DNA of 57,874 bases from Octopus bimaculoides (lineage: Eukaryota). The stretch is from NCBI RefSeq assembly GCF_001194135.2, contig NC_068988.1, forward strand, positions 83,490,156 to 83,548,029, written 5' to 3'. A model generated the notes under the pieces. It was not told where the DNA came from, did not search any database, and saw only the letters and a list, made by a program, of their open reading frames with translations. Of the stretch, positions 35,919 to 49,571 are shown piece after piece. Each line of letters opens with the position of its first letter. Positions within the stretch are counted from its first letter, which is position 1. Both the position numbers and the translations under genes were made by a program.

Positions 35919-37352
35919 TTCATGAAAGAACAAACTATCCTGGATATCTCATAATGCAAAGAGTATCTTTCATCTCCTTTTCTTCACCTGGTTATTATTG
36001 AGGACAGAAACTGATAATTGCATTTCAGAATGCAGCAGGATTTATGGAACAACCATTCATCCACTGACCACCCATTATAATTTTTGGTGTTCATTCATGT
36101 ACATCAAAATACATCTATTAATCTGATAACTACAGGCAAGGCTATGGTTTACTAATGAGATCTCATAAGACCAAGGCACATCAGGAGTTATTACCCATCT
36201 TGGCAAAGATCAGCTTAAATTAACATTAGCCAATGAATAAATGTTTTGTTACTGTATTACAATTTTACCCAACTACATTATGGCCTTAACTTTACTGGCA
36301 GTTTTCTACTCTAATAATTGAGCCAACTGTTAATCTTGAAATAGGCATACCTAAGAACTAAAAGTTGCCAGAAAGCCTTCCATTTGAGAGGTTTGCTTCT
36401 CAGTTACATAGTTTTGGATTCAGTGTCACTGAATAATCCTCTAAGCTGTCACTCAACGAGCTAGACATAACAGCTAAACAGCCATCAAATTACACTATAC
36501 CAGCTTAAAAACACTATGTAATCCAAGATAGCTCTAAAAAAAAGCAGGATGATCATTGTTGGATTGCCTTTAATCAGAGATCCGCTTGATCAGTTGATCT
36601 GTGGTTACACAACCACAATGGCTTATTCTAATAAAAAAATTCTATTATTATTGCCAAAGCACAAAGGGAATTTCCTATCAAATATGCACTATGGAGGAAT
36701 CTGTTCAATAATCTGACCTAGTCAAAGTAGCAGTAAAATCTTTCAGTATCAGAACAGAGCCACATACTAATTTACATACCATGTAAAATGCAATTACTAC
36801 AATTACATTCCTATAATTGCATCTCGTACAGCAGTTATTTCTGAGGAAAAAAAAATCTGCAAAGACTACCTAAGTCAAATTTAAAAGCATCAGCTCTCCA
36901 TTGAAAGAGCAGAATATATAATATTGTTTTATGTCCACTACTACTGTTAGTGTGTAGAGGACATGAGATAACAGGTTAAGGAATTTTAGTATTTCTTTTA
37001 TGTATGAGCTATGGTTTAAAGTGTAACTGCTAAGAAGCAGACTTGCTGCGTATCATCTTCAGCAGTAGAGGAATTTGCTGACCAAGTAGCTCCCAGGATA
37101 CTTTGGTAATGAAACAAACTGACCAACTTCAGTTGAGTTTCTGCAAGCAATGCTTGGAAAAATTACAAGTTCGACAGCCACTTTCTCTATACATTGAAAG
37201 TTTATTAGCCTCATTCCAGTCATGGCTATCACTTTAGTTACAGAGTGCATCTAGAACTGCATATATGTATCCTTTGTCGCTTAAGATGGCTGTTACAATA
37301 GCTAGCATATTGCAGAAATTTGAACCCTGAATATATTTTAATATATGGGTCC

Positions 37353-37356
<4 letters not shown>

Positions 37357-37412
<56 letters not shown>

Positions 37413-37461
37413 AAGAGAGAGAAAGAGAGAGAGAGGAAGAGAGAGAAAGAGAGAGAGAGAG
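37357..37461. repeat. (GA)n/(GAAA) microsatellite
   Basis: Direct inspection. Confidence 0.98.
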
Positions 37462-40400
37462 CAACTGCCAGTTGTCAGAAATGGCAGAGTTTGAAATGTA
37501 GCTTGCTACAAAATGTATCAACCACAGAAACTGGATAGCACTGTAGCACTCCCTAAAGTCACAAACACATAAAAGTTGATCTGTCACAATTCAGAAGACT
37601 CACTAAATACAGCAAAAAAGAATTAACATTTTAGCCTTTAAACTGACCATATCAGACCCAGATATGGAGCCTTTTACAACTACCTACAAAGTCAGTGTTA
37701 AAGAAAATCATAATGAAATCTGGAAACTGAGATAATGCACGATTTATTCAAAACAATGTGAATAAATAAGCATTGTATTTAACTGACTAACCTGAATGCT
37801 CAGGATTAAACCAATTCTCTCACCCATACTGTGTTGATTCAAGTTCTGAAACTTGTAGACAATATACAGACCAAAAGTTTGTGGGTAAAATTTGGTAGGT
37901 AGAGGGTACAGGTACCTATCTTACATGTTGGGCTTTTTATATTTGTCTATGTTCTATAACAGTGGTGCAACAATGAATATCAAACAAGTACCAGAGTTAA
38001 TATGATCTACTTGAAAACTACTCCAGTTGGCTACAGTCCCATGACTGAGCCCAGTAAAAGTATATGTACACTGGTTCCTTAATTACATATACAGAACTAA
38101 AATAGGGGGCTTCACTACAGACAGAACACTAACAGTGCACTATATTATGCCACATGTGCAATAATGTTAAGAGGGAAGAAAAGTTAGTAAAAAGACCCAC
38201 ACACCAACATGGAGAGAGTAACAGCATCACGTAGACGACAGTAAGGTTGTGTTTGAGGATTTATAAGGTCATCAACTAGAACAGAACCAATGCCAGTCAT
38301 TGCAATTTCATTAAAAAAAAAAAAAAAAAAAAAAGGCTAGCAGTCAGAAATTTGAAAATTTCAAACAGAAGCTGTAGAAAAACAATTTATTATTGAAGTA
38401 CCTAGTACTTTAAGGTTACTGTGATAGCTTCACTTAAAATCTGTAGTTTTCATACCTGAGGGGTGCCGTATAACAATCCAAAACAATACTTCTACAAAAC
38501 TAAACTTTATATACACATCCAGTAGTCCAGGTTTTGACATGATCATATGAGCACGATAGAAACTAGACATTTTAAAGGAATTCATATTAATGAAAATTAA
38601 GTTACATTCTAAAATGTAATATATTTCAGGGAAAAAAAAAGTTAGGATTTTTTTCTTCAAGACTTACTTTAAAGAACTAATTTAAAAGAGCTTTAGAAAT
38701 TAGAATCAAGTAGATGAAATAGATTCCAAGTATGTCTAATGCCTTCATATTCTGACAGAAAAACACTGACAAGAATACAGAAGAAGCAAATCAAAAATCA
38801 CAAGAATCAAATGTAATTCAATCCTGAAATACTAATTTTTATAAATTATAATCCTAAGCTATATTGAAGCTTTCCAAATGGTTAAGAAAGGATTCATATT
38901 TATAATTTTCCAGAAGAAAAAAAAAAAAAAAAAAAAAAAAAAAACTTAATGAAATTCATATAGTTATAGACATAAGTTTAAATTAGAATTAACAGACCAA
39001 TTTGAACTGAAATTAATCATTTTCAACCTTTTATACAAGAGCAAGTATATATTAAAAGATATAGCTACCATTGTTAATAATTAAAGAGAATTATGCCAAA
39101 ATCAAAGGCATTAGTTTTACATTAATTCTGAAACAACTGGCATTAGACATGCACAAATAGTCAGAACAACTTATTGTCAGCAAAGGCATCAGTTATAGTG
39201 AAACCTCAAAACTTAAAACTATTGAAGTTTAAACTTCAGTCAATTTAACAGTCAGGCAAATAGTATCATTCAATACATGATAACTAAAGCACAATATTAA
39301 CATTGACTTAAGTTTTCATTTTCTGTATCGCTCAGAACCTGAACAAATTCAACCATTAAGTCAACATTTGACTTGCATGACCAAATTAGTGTCGAATCCG
39401 TTTCAAAATCTTAAGCCAAACTAGAACCAGTTTACTTTACACAAATGATCCATACCATTGAGTGGCTGAAATAACTATATATATAAAAAGACCCTCACTA
39501 TGCAAAGGACAGACTCCATCTTATCAAAATCACTGAAACGAAACTGATGTAAGAGCTTAAATGGAGTAATGACTAACCAGAAAGCTGACAATAGATTACA
39601 TACAATATTGTTGAGTCAATCTTTTCTAGTGAAGATAAAAGCTTCAACAGAAAGGAAATGAGGCTTGTAATATGGGCTCACAGGCAATACAAATTTAGGA
39701 CCTCTACAACAATAGAATTGATTAATTATTTTGCCAACATATCAGCAAGCTAAAGACAGTGTTGCTAGTAAGCCTCAAAGAGAAACTTGTCCAGTGCAAG
39801 TCTTTCATTAATACCAATGAAAAAATTTGATAAAACAAAAATAGTGTATATTAAGCAAACATTATTTCACCAAGTAAATCTATAAGTATTTAAATTCTAT
39901 AGCAAGCTAAAATAAGACTATTCTGTATGAATTGCGTAATCAGGACAATTTTATCCAACGTCCTTTAAGATAGCAGCATGTGGGTCAAGGGAGATTAGCT
40001 GTTATTTCTCTTCCTTGAGAAAACAAACTTGACAACTGATCAAGTTAAGCTGCTTGAATACCAAATTGCATACAAATCTAACATCTGTGATTGATGTTCA
40101 AGCAATACTGTAACATGGTCTACAGTATTATATAAATTTGAAGTAGGAGAAATATTTACAAAACTATTCAGTAAATTTTTGGCAACTGAAAAATAAACCT
40201 CAGTAAATTAGGTATGCAATTAAATTATTTTCCTACAGAATCAAATCAACTTCAAATCAGTTTAAGTTAAAAATTTTCTAAGAGAAGGAAGGACCTAAGA
40301 AAAAAAAAATTGAAACCAAAAACTAGAAACCAACAAGTATTATAGATATAATTGCATGTTTCTTTTATCAAAGCAATCTGAAAGTAATTATACAGGATTA

Positions 40401-40568
40401 AAAAACTCGATTAACAAATGTGTTATTTTAATTCTTTAGTGACTAAACACTGCCATAAAACTATCAGAGATCAATAATTCATATTGAACATAAAGCCATT
40501 GTCAGATAATTATTACAAACATTACTGACATTCAGAGATAAAATGGAACTAAGATTGCAAGGTCTTAC

Positions 40569-40699
40569 CTTCACCGTGTTTGTCTGTAAATTGGAATGCT
40601 TGTACCAAACGCAGTGTCTCATCAACTGATCGACCAACTGGTAGGTCATTAATAGTTATCTGTCTCAAAACACCTTTCTCATCAATGATAAATAGACCC
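40569..40699 (-). CDS. PRDX1: Peroxiredoxin coding exon 4 (GLFIID...[27 protein letters not shown])
   Basis: TTTCAG| acceptor, AAG|GTAAGA donor, ends phase 1. Confidence 0.97.
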
Positions 40700-41338
40700 C
40701 TGAAAGAAAAAAAAAACCTATATAATAAATCTGAAGAAATGAGTTAATGAGTTTCTGAAACTTGCTTTAATCAAATTTATTTTCAAATGACTAATTGTTA
40801 TGTGTGGACTATAGTTACTAGTAATATGTTAAGTGAATTAATAGTTATTAGCCTGCTTTACAATCATACGAAACAAATTGGTTTTCACAAAAAAGCTATT
40901 GTTTTACTAGTCCTTTCATCTAATCATTTCCATTCAAGAAACCAATCACTCTTTAAGGAGAGAGCTTAAAAAACAAAAGTGTCAAGTCAGCTAAATTGAC
41001 CGAAAACCATTATGTCAGACAACTGAGTGAAAAAACAGAAAATAGTTTTAATGCAATGAACAAGTTCACAAGTGATTATAGGAGAGTGTGGTGGATAATA
41101 GCAGTTAAAGAAGTCTGACATAAATGGAGGTTTTGATGTGTTACAACCTGAGACCATGCTGCCTCTGAAACCACATGAGATCAATGCCAGTGTGTAACTT
41201 GGGTCAGTCTAGACTGAATACCCTAATTGCATCTAAATCAAATGACTGTAGGATCCACAGTTATACCACATTTTACACTAATTGAATACCACACCTCAGG
41301 TTTCAACACTGACCATGTATTATTAATTTGTAGGTTCG

Positions 41339-41353
41339 NNNNNNNNNNNNNNN
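41339..41353. other. Assembly gap next to poly-G
   Basis: Run of N. Confidence 1.
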
Positions 41354-42014
41354 GGGGGGGGGGGTAACCACTGTAGAGGAAGACGTGAATGCAATAGCTG
41401 CAACATTTCAGAGCTTATTACGGCAGTATTTCAGGTAATGGTATTATCTGCGCCAATTTAATGTCCACTTTTCCATGGTCAGACAGAATTTGAAGATTTT
41501 CTACAACAGAATGCTGTTATAGTCACCAACCCTTGCATTTCCAAGCAAAGTAATATTTTCCCATGATCAGGTTTTCATAGAATATTGGCAGCAACACTGT
41601 CTGAAAGACTGATGTTTTATAACTATTGCAGGATGTCAAAACAAAGAGAAATACATTCACACAACAAGCTTCAGCAGTCTTCATCTACCAAGGTGCCACA
41701 CAGTGAGACTGAACCTGAATCCACATAACTGGGAAGCAAACTTCTTAACAACACAGTGCTTCTGTTTGTGTTCAATGTTCTTAGGACAGCATTTTAGATA
41801 TCTCTTTGAAAATATAAGGATTGTAAGAGCTAAAGTCTGCAGTAGCAACTTTGAAGTGGCCAAGTATTTTGGTTTTAGTGCACAGGTAGCCTATGCACAG
41901 TCATACATATTGATTGTGTAAGTTATGGAACACTTGCCGTCTCAAAACAGGACTGACATACTTCATGATGGATGTAATAACGTCTTTCTGTCTGCTAGCT
42001 AATGTGGTGCCCAT

Positions 42015-42017
42015 GAG

Positions 42018-42078
<61 letters not shown>

Positions 42079-42151
42079 AAGAGAGAGAAAGATAGAGAGA
42101 AAGAAAGAGAGAGAAAGATAGAGAGAGAGAGAGAAAGAGAGAAAGAGAGAG
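42015..42151. repeat. (GA)n/(GATA)/(GAAA) microsatellite
   Basis: Direct inspection. Confidence 0.98.
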
Positions 42152-42284
42152 CCCCCACTGTTCTTACTATGGCAGACACAGGTAATTTACTGTTGTGAAT
42201 ACTAATTCACCAATGCAAACTACAGTAAAGCTACAAGAACTATCAGTAAATATTTCAAATTCGCTAAAAGTGCAAATTAGTCAC

Positions 42285-42407
42285 CTGAAAGAAATTCCCT
42301 CATCTTCCTTCAAACAACCATAATCTGATGCAATTTTGAGGATCTTGTCAGCCAAGAGAGGAATCTTCATTTCTCCCAAACCTCCTTGTTTCCGTGGTGT
42401 ATTGATC
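42285..42407 (-). CDS. PRDX1: Peroxiredoxin coding exon 3 ([11 protein letters not shown]...DEGISF-R)
   Basis: TTCCAG| acceptor, AG|GTGACT donor, GGLG motif. Confidence 0.97.
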
Positions 42408-43104
42408 CTGGAAAAGAAAACGGTTAGCCGTTACCAAAATATTCATGACACACCATCCTAAATACATTCCTTTTTTCTCATTGGCATTTAATGAAGCCCA
42501 CATCTATATAAGAAAAACTAAATCACTAAAATTATATAGCGATACAAACTGCCGTAAAGAAAAAAAAAACACCCAAACATTAATTCAATGTATGGGAGAC
42601 AACTGTGGACATGTTTTGGCAAACTTCATACTTGAAAAAGGGAAGAGAGAAACATCTGCTTCTTCACGCTAGCAAGGATTAGACAAGTTTATTTTTATTT
42701 TAACCAGATACTCTTGCTGTTGCTAACCCTTAGCTCTTTTTCAAGAGGGATCTCTTAAAACATCAAAAGTACAAAGCCAGCAGATTTGTTGACAGGAGGA
42801 ACGACATCACTTCTATTTCTCAATTTCTGGAGAAATCTTAAGTGTCAACAAACAAACATACAGAGTTCAATTTCTGTCTAAAAAATCCACTCAGACGGTT
42901 TGTGATCAGCTCAGTGCTATAGAAGACACTTGTCCAAGTCACCATGAAATAAGATTGAACTCGAAACCATGTGTTCGTAATGTGACCATCACTCCACAGC
43001 CATGCTTGTTTGTATCTAGCACACACACACCCACCTTCCAAAAGCAGTTACAAAATTAGAATAGATGGAATAGTTCAGAACAAGTCGATTAAAGAATCAC
43101 TTAC

Positions 43105-43221
43105 CAAGCAAGATGGGAATAATGGCTGTCAGTTGAGCAAGCAACAACTTCACAGTTGATTTTTTTGAATTCTTCCACTCTGTCACTAAAGGCAGTGATT
43201 TCTGTGGGACACACAAAGGTG
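43105..43221 (-). CDS. PRDX1: Peroxiredoxin coding exon 2 (TFVCPTEI...SHLA-W; peroxidatic Cys)
   Basis: TTCCAG| acceptor, TG|GTAAGT donor, FVCPTE motif. Confidence 0.97.
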
Positions 43222-44981
43222 CTGGAAAATAAGCATGAAGGAAAAAAAGTTACCATAAATTAATTGACAAACTGATTTAATTCCTAAGTAGAGGTTAGTG
43301 ATGTTCTGTTTGAAGGATGATGAAGCATCAAAGACTAAAAGTAAACTCACATGGAAAGAATGTAAACTATCAAAAAGTATAAGTCACTAGTGACTAAGTC
43401 AGCTTTCAACAGATGAATCTGAAATTCTGCACCAGGAAAAGAACCACAGTTCTATGTCGTATATACCACAGAAATTAATATCTAATATTAGACCTAATCA
43501 TAACAGTTAAGCTCTTATACACTTCAGCATTTTGCTTTTATTACCTGATTGGAGACATTTTACTTCATAAAGCTAAAATACTTGAACTATAAGTTACATC
43601 AGCCCACCTTGCCTGCAAGTACCGGTATCCCAAGAGGACATACTTCAATGCATACCTAATACCATACCTTAGCTACATTATACTTTAAACAAGGCAATTT
43701 TCTAAGGATGAGATTGTAGATAAATATACCAACTGCCAGTGACATACACAGAGCTGAGATTAACCTTTACCAACCAAATAAAAACAATTGGGATATCTAA
43801 ATCTTTTTTCAGATAACACTGCCCATATCTTGTTCTATAATTCATCATTAAAAATCTAATAAATTTAAGGTGTGCAATAGTGGTTTATAAAGCTAAAACA
43901 AAATCATCAGTGAAATCTGTGTGCATGTGTGTGGGGCGAGTGGGGTATGAAATATGCTTCACAATATCTGACACCATGGAATTTATCTTATCTTCCTCTC
44001 CAATAATACTAGATGTTATTTGAATATAGAAATAATATTCTCCAAACCTTTGTCAAAGACCATCACATGTATACAGATGGGATATTTATAATTAAAATTA
44101 CTAACAGTGAGAAAGTCAAATTAGTCACCCTAGACTTAGCACAAACATATTTTGCTCTGTGAACCTACCTCATTAAAAATCTTAAGGGAAGATTGTACAT
44201 TATCAAAAGAAAAAAAAAAATCATTGTTTAATCTCTTTAATATCTCACTCTTAGCCCAGAACTGTTTCAGTAAGAGCCAAGCCAACTAGATATTTGGTCA
44301 GCAATCAGAACATCTGATAATTACCAGCTAGTCAAATTAGATTATTATATTCTATAAAGATTGCTCCATAGCTGTCCACCATTATTTAATTCTCAACTGT
44401 AGGGATCAAACACTAACAACTATTCTAAATGAGAATATCTTTAAGTGACTGCTCATTACCCATTTTATACTCATGTTTTAATATTTAAGTCCAATCAATG
44501 CTGACAGTAACTGATACCTCTAAACCTACATTAAAAAACAGATCATTCACCAAGACTAGGGAACAGTGTACTTGGCATTATTACTGATGGTTCCATGAAA
44601 AATATGATCCATTCCAAAAATTTTTGATGAGATCATGCAGGATCAAAAGCAAAAATGGGAAAAAATCTATGACCACCCTAAAATAACACTAACACTTTTA
44701 AAATATTTGTAATACTTTATCTAAATGCAGTCTACTAATCAGTCAACTACCCAAGTAATTAACCTTTTTGTTAGCATATTTTCAATTAATTTTGAAAAAT
44801 GTAGTTAGTAAAGTAAATCATTATGGTGGTGTCTGGAACAACTTGATGGAAGGTTTTAATTTAAATCAATTTAAAATAAGATTGAATTACAGAATTATTA
44901 GGAGCGATTTCAGTTGGGTTGGTATCAAAATGGTTTAGGAGAAATGTTTTCTGTATGATATGGAAATGAATTTATACTTAC

Positions 44982-45109
44982 AAATCAAGTGGATAGAAGA
45001 ATAGCACCAAATATTTTCCTTTGTAGTCTGACAGTTGGATAGTTTTGAACTCACCATTAACAACAGCCATTCCTTTGAATTCTGGGGCTTTCTGGGCTAA
45101 TTTTAGCAT
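44982..45109 (-). CDS. PRDX1: 2-Cys peroxiredoxin coding exon 1 ([13 protein letters not shown]...[14 protein letters not shown])
   Basis: Acceptor TTTTTCAG before 45118, ATG at 45109, donor TT|GTAAGT; Prx1/2-type orthology to PRDX1 vs PRDX2 not resolvable. Confidence 0.95.
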
Positions 45110-45329
45110 GTTGATAATCTGAAAAATAAGTTTCATACTTTTGTTACCATGGCAACACTATAGCTAAATGATCATTCATGAATCAGAAGTTAAGCTAATG
45201 TTAGTGAAAGTCAACAAGGAAATGTACTTTTTCAAGGAGCATAACACAGATGGCTGTAGTCCAGAACTTCAATGTTTAAAGCTGAAACTTAAGTTGCACT
45301 ATAAAAATCACAAAAAAAAAAAAAAAAAA

Positions 45330-45339
45330 NNNNNNNNNN
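45330..45339. other. Assembly gap within poly-A
   Basis: Run of N. Confidence 1.
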
Positions 45340-48300
45340 AAAAAAAAAAAAAAAAAGAAAAAGGATAGGACGCAACCCTTTATAAAAAAAGGCTTATTGG
45401 AACCATCCAAAGAAGATGACAGGGCATGGAATGGAAATAAATCCAAAATGTTCAATAATTTAAGCAACCCCGACGGTGTGAACTGAGCAACTCCGAAGTT
45501 GGTATCAATTTACATCGATACAAACAAATGGAGGGAGGGAGGGACTGACAGTCTGAAGCATACTGTATACCTGTATTAGCTTGACAAATTTAGTTTCAGT
45601 ATGATTGGAAAGTCTGCAGTAACAAATCTCAAATGTGTCCTAAGTGAACCAAATCAATTCCAAAACTTTATAGAACAAATATAATCCTTACTTGCCAGCC
45701 TACATTAGTCAAATCATTGCATTCACAAGTCTGGTGCCACAGCAAAATTATTTTATCAATAAAAATACCAAAATAAACCCCCACCCCCATTAAACTTTGA
45801 ATGCTTAACTAGAAGCCAGCAGGCAAGAAGAGAAATAAAATTTTATACTACAGACATTGCAGAATGTACTAATTGTGTAAAAGTCATTGCATTTATATAT
45901 TTCAAGTCCGATTAATTGTTCAAAGTTTTAATAATGCATAATTAAGGAAGATAAGATAAAGAGATGCAACACAAAATCAACTACACAGTTACAACTGAAG
46001 TTCAACAAGTTACTTAAGGTTATAAAGACACCGGAGGTGGGGTATGTGTGTAAAGTTCAAGTGTTAAGTAGCATAGAACAACTTGTTTAAACAATTCACA
46101 AAATTGTTATGTAATTTTAAAACTAGCCCCCACATACTCGCCTTAAACTAGTCAGAGTTAAAACTGGTCACTACAATACAAACATAGCTCATCAATGGTA
46201 GTTATAGGAGGAAAAAATAAGTGAATGAATATGGCATGATAAAGAGGAGCAATGTTAATGAGAAAGGATGAATGCCAAGTTGAGAAAGTTGGACATCAAA
46301 AGCAATGACATGTAAAAGTACATGGTTTTAGACCTGTAATGTCCAATACCTGCAGGAATAAAAGAAATACTGGTTACAGCTGCTGACTTGAGAATTAGAT
46401 CAAGGCTTTAAATAGTTTAGGCTTTGCAGATGCAGTTACACAGGAATGAATACAAACCACCCACCCTCTCTAATCCAACAGGGTTAAGTGGATATAAAAG
46501 AGTATTATACCATGCTTATATATAATTAACTTTTCAATTTCTGTGACAAGCAAGCCTCTCTAATCTACAAAGTGAAACTGTCAAACCACAAAAATAAAGT
46601 TATGTTAAAAAATATTACTGAAAGATCAAAGATGTTTGTACAAATGGAAATTTCAATTCAAAACAGGTTTTGCAAAGGTCGTAACTGATGCAAACGAAAA
46701 CTTCCATTGATGTTATTAAGTTCGACATGGCCTGGACCAGTAATGGTCAAAACTTAAATTATAAGTTAAATAGAAACCAAAAGGCAGAATCAGTAGCGTA
46801 TCAGAAAATGTTTTACAGTGATTTAGCCCAGCCCCCCGTGTCCCAAAGGGGCTGTTAAATATTAATGAAGGATTAAAGTTGATATAAAGTCATTTACTTC
46901 TGTATTTATTTCCGCCACAATGCACTAAAAATTAATATGCAAGTCATCATTTAAATTCTTATTGTTCACCAAGCACATGATTTATCAATAGTAAATACAT
47001 CAGTGCACATGAAAATTTGTTTACTGGAGTTTTAAACACAATATCCTTGAACCCTTGTTAGATTTATTGTAGTATGTGATGTACAACAACTTAAATCTAG
47101 ACTAGCTTGTGATCTACATTCAAAATTGTTATAAATTTGCAATTAGAGGAGCAAGTTAAACATTTAAACTTTGATTTTTTTTTTTTTTATTTCATACTAG
47201 AAACAGAATACTGTGGCTATTTGTATACAGCATGGCTATCATTTAAAAATGCAATAAAGAGATTTTGCTCATTTCATCTGAAAATCTTCCAACAAATGAA
47301 ATCTAAATGAGATTGAAATGTTTGCAATGGAACATCACTCAATGTCCTGTGTATGTGTTCCATCTTGAACTAATGTAGATCAAAAGCTATACCAAAAACA
47401 TGTAGATCACATACTACACTGGTTTATTTGTCCAGAGTGCTTTCAGTTGACAAAACAATGTCAAAAATCAGAGGGTCCAGAGTCCTCTTACACTAATGAA
47501 TTGAGTGTTATGAACAGAGCCACCTTTAAGAAGTTGGTCTTTTTATGAAACACTAGCAATTAGCATATTTACATTAAAATCTGCTGAAACATATGCAAGC
47601 TATCTAATTACATTTTGTGCTTGAATTTAAAATGCCACTAAACCAGTCACACCAGTCAATGTACAATATTGGAATGTGTTTTTGTCAAAGTTTAGGTAAT
47701 TTTTTTAAGCAAATGTCCTCGGGTTTTAATCCAAGCTTGTCAAATACAAAGCATCTGATAAGTTTTTTTTTTTTCAAGAACAAGGCTAAAATAGAATGAT
47801 TTGGTAACACGAGGCCTTTCTCAAGAGTGTAGAACAATCTATTCCAAACTTTAAAATTATCTCACGTGGTACCAAATTGCATCTAAATAGATGTAGCTGT
47901 TATATAGGACAATACAACACTGGCAGTATACATGCAACTAATACCTTAAGGTATGAGATGAACAAATGAAAATATTTAAGTAAATCAAGCCTAGTGGTAT
48001 ATTTGAAGATGAGAAAACGCTATTTACAGCAGTCCTTTTATTTTATAGGCTGGGCAAAGTTGAGACTGCATAGAAAGAGGATTACAAAATGTTCTTGAAT
48101 AGATGCAAATTAACAGCAAGGAAAATATGGAAAAAGGAATTCCAACGTCATATTCTAGGGAGGAAAGATGTGATAATGGTTAGTGTAGGGGCCAGGGACA
48201 ATACAAGTGACAAAGACAATGAATCAGGAACCCGAGTGGCAGGAAGGAACAGGTAATTTCTAAGTGAAAACCTGACTAAAGAGACAGCTGATCCCCGAGA

Positions 48301-49048
48301 CTAAAGTGTTGAGTAACTCCATGCTAAGCAGAAGGGTAACTAATTTATCAACTTCATTGTTGTAGGCATATGGTAACTTCTCAAATGTTTTGAGGGGAAT
48401 GCTTAGATTATGTAATTAATGTCATTAAAATGTTCAAATTTTGTGTTAAGCTATATTATTTAGCTGTTTCAGTTATCAGTAAGTGTAGTGAAAGTTATTC
48501 TTGGAGATCTCATCAGAAAACCTTTTTCCTCCTGTTTATTTCTAGTTATTGTATTTAATATGGAGATACCTAAACTAACTACAATAGATAACGCCTCTAA
48601 TAATACTGAGAAAAACATTGTAGCTGTCAGGTGTTTATTTGAACATCTAAAATATTTAGCACATTGCTTGCATGGTTATATTACAACTTGAACACGTAAT
48701 AACTTCTAAAATACGAAATTTTGTCAAAAACGTTCAGAGTAAACCGTATTTTATGCAAGAAATTCTACCAGTATTTGAAGTTTCAAACTGCTAGTTAAAA
48801 AAAATTGTGATTGAAATGGAATAGATCCAAGGGTAGTGAGTGTCCTTGTTAGTACATGTGGTAAGCATGAACGGCACAATTATAAACTAGTTTATATTTG
48901 GTACAAATGACGTAAATCAAAACCACTTATCTTCAGCTTTCTACTTAAAAGATATATAAGACACTAGAAACAATTTGAAGTGTTTTTACCGATATGCCTG
49001 TAGAACGTAGCATTGCAAATATCAGAAGTATAAAGACGTTAAAAATGC

Positions 49049-49282
49049 GGTCAAACTAAAGCGTTTGACCCAGTGACAAAAAAAAAATCGTCTGATAGGT
49101 GTAAAACAACTTGTTGGGAACGAATATGAAGAAAAATGCGCGCTCGCGAACGGGGGGGGGGGACTCAAAACATTCACATCGTGAATGTTCCGAGACGCCT
49201 CACCGGAGCAAAGAAACAAAAGAAAAACAGTGTAATAGATGTAAAACAACTTGCTCTGAAAGAATATCAAGAACACACACAC

Positions 49283-49329
<47 letters not shown>

Positions 49330-49571
49330 TTTATTCACAGCAAGTTGTTTTACACCTATTACACTAATTTTTTTGTTTTTGAGCTCGGGTCAAACTCTAT
49401 AGTAATTTAGAGGCCATGGACTGACGATGTGGATGTTCCGAGCCCTCTCCCCACCACCCGTTTGCGAGCGCGCATTTTTTTCTCCATATTCGTTCCCAGC
49501 AAGTTGTTTTACACCTATTAGACTAATTTTTTTAAATTTTTTGTCACCGGGTCAAATGCTTTAGTTTGACC
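49049..49571. mobile_element. Palindromic MITE with ~135-bp TIRs and nested inner inverted repeat
   Basis: Termini GGTCAAAC...GTTTGACC; flanks AAAAATGC / CAAAATGC (7/8 TSD); no ORF. Confidence 0.85.

Noticed and set aside
37017-37140. Further phase-1 acceptor in the last Prx intron (ETQLKLV...VCFLAVTL*)
   Set aside because: Poor polypyrimidine tract and no distinguishing features; several such chance candidates exist.
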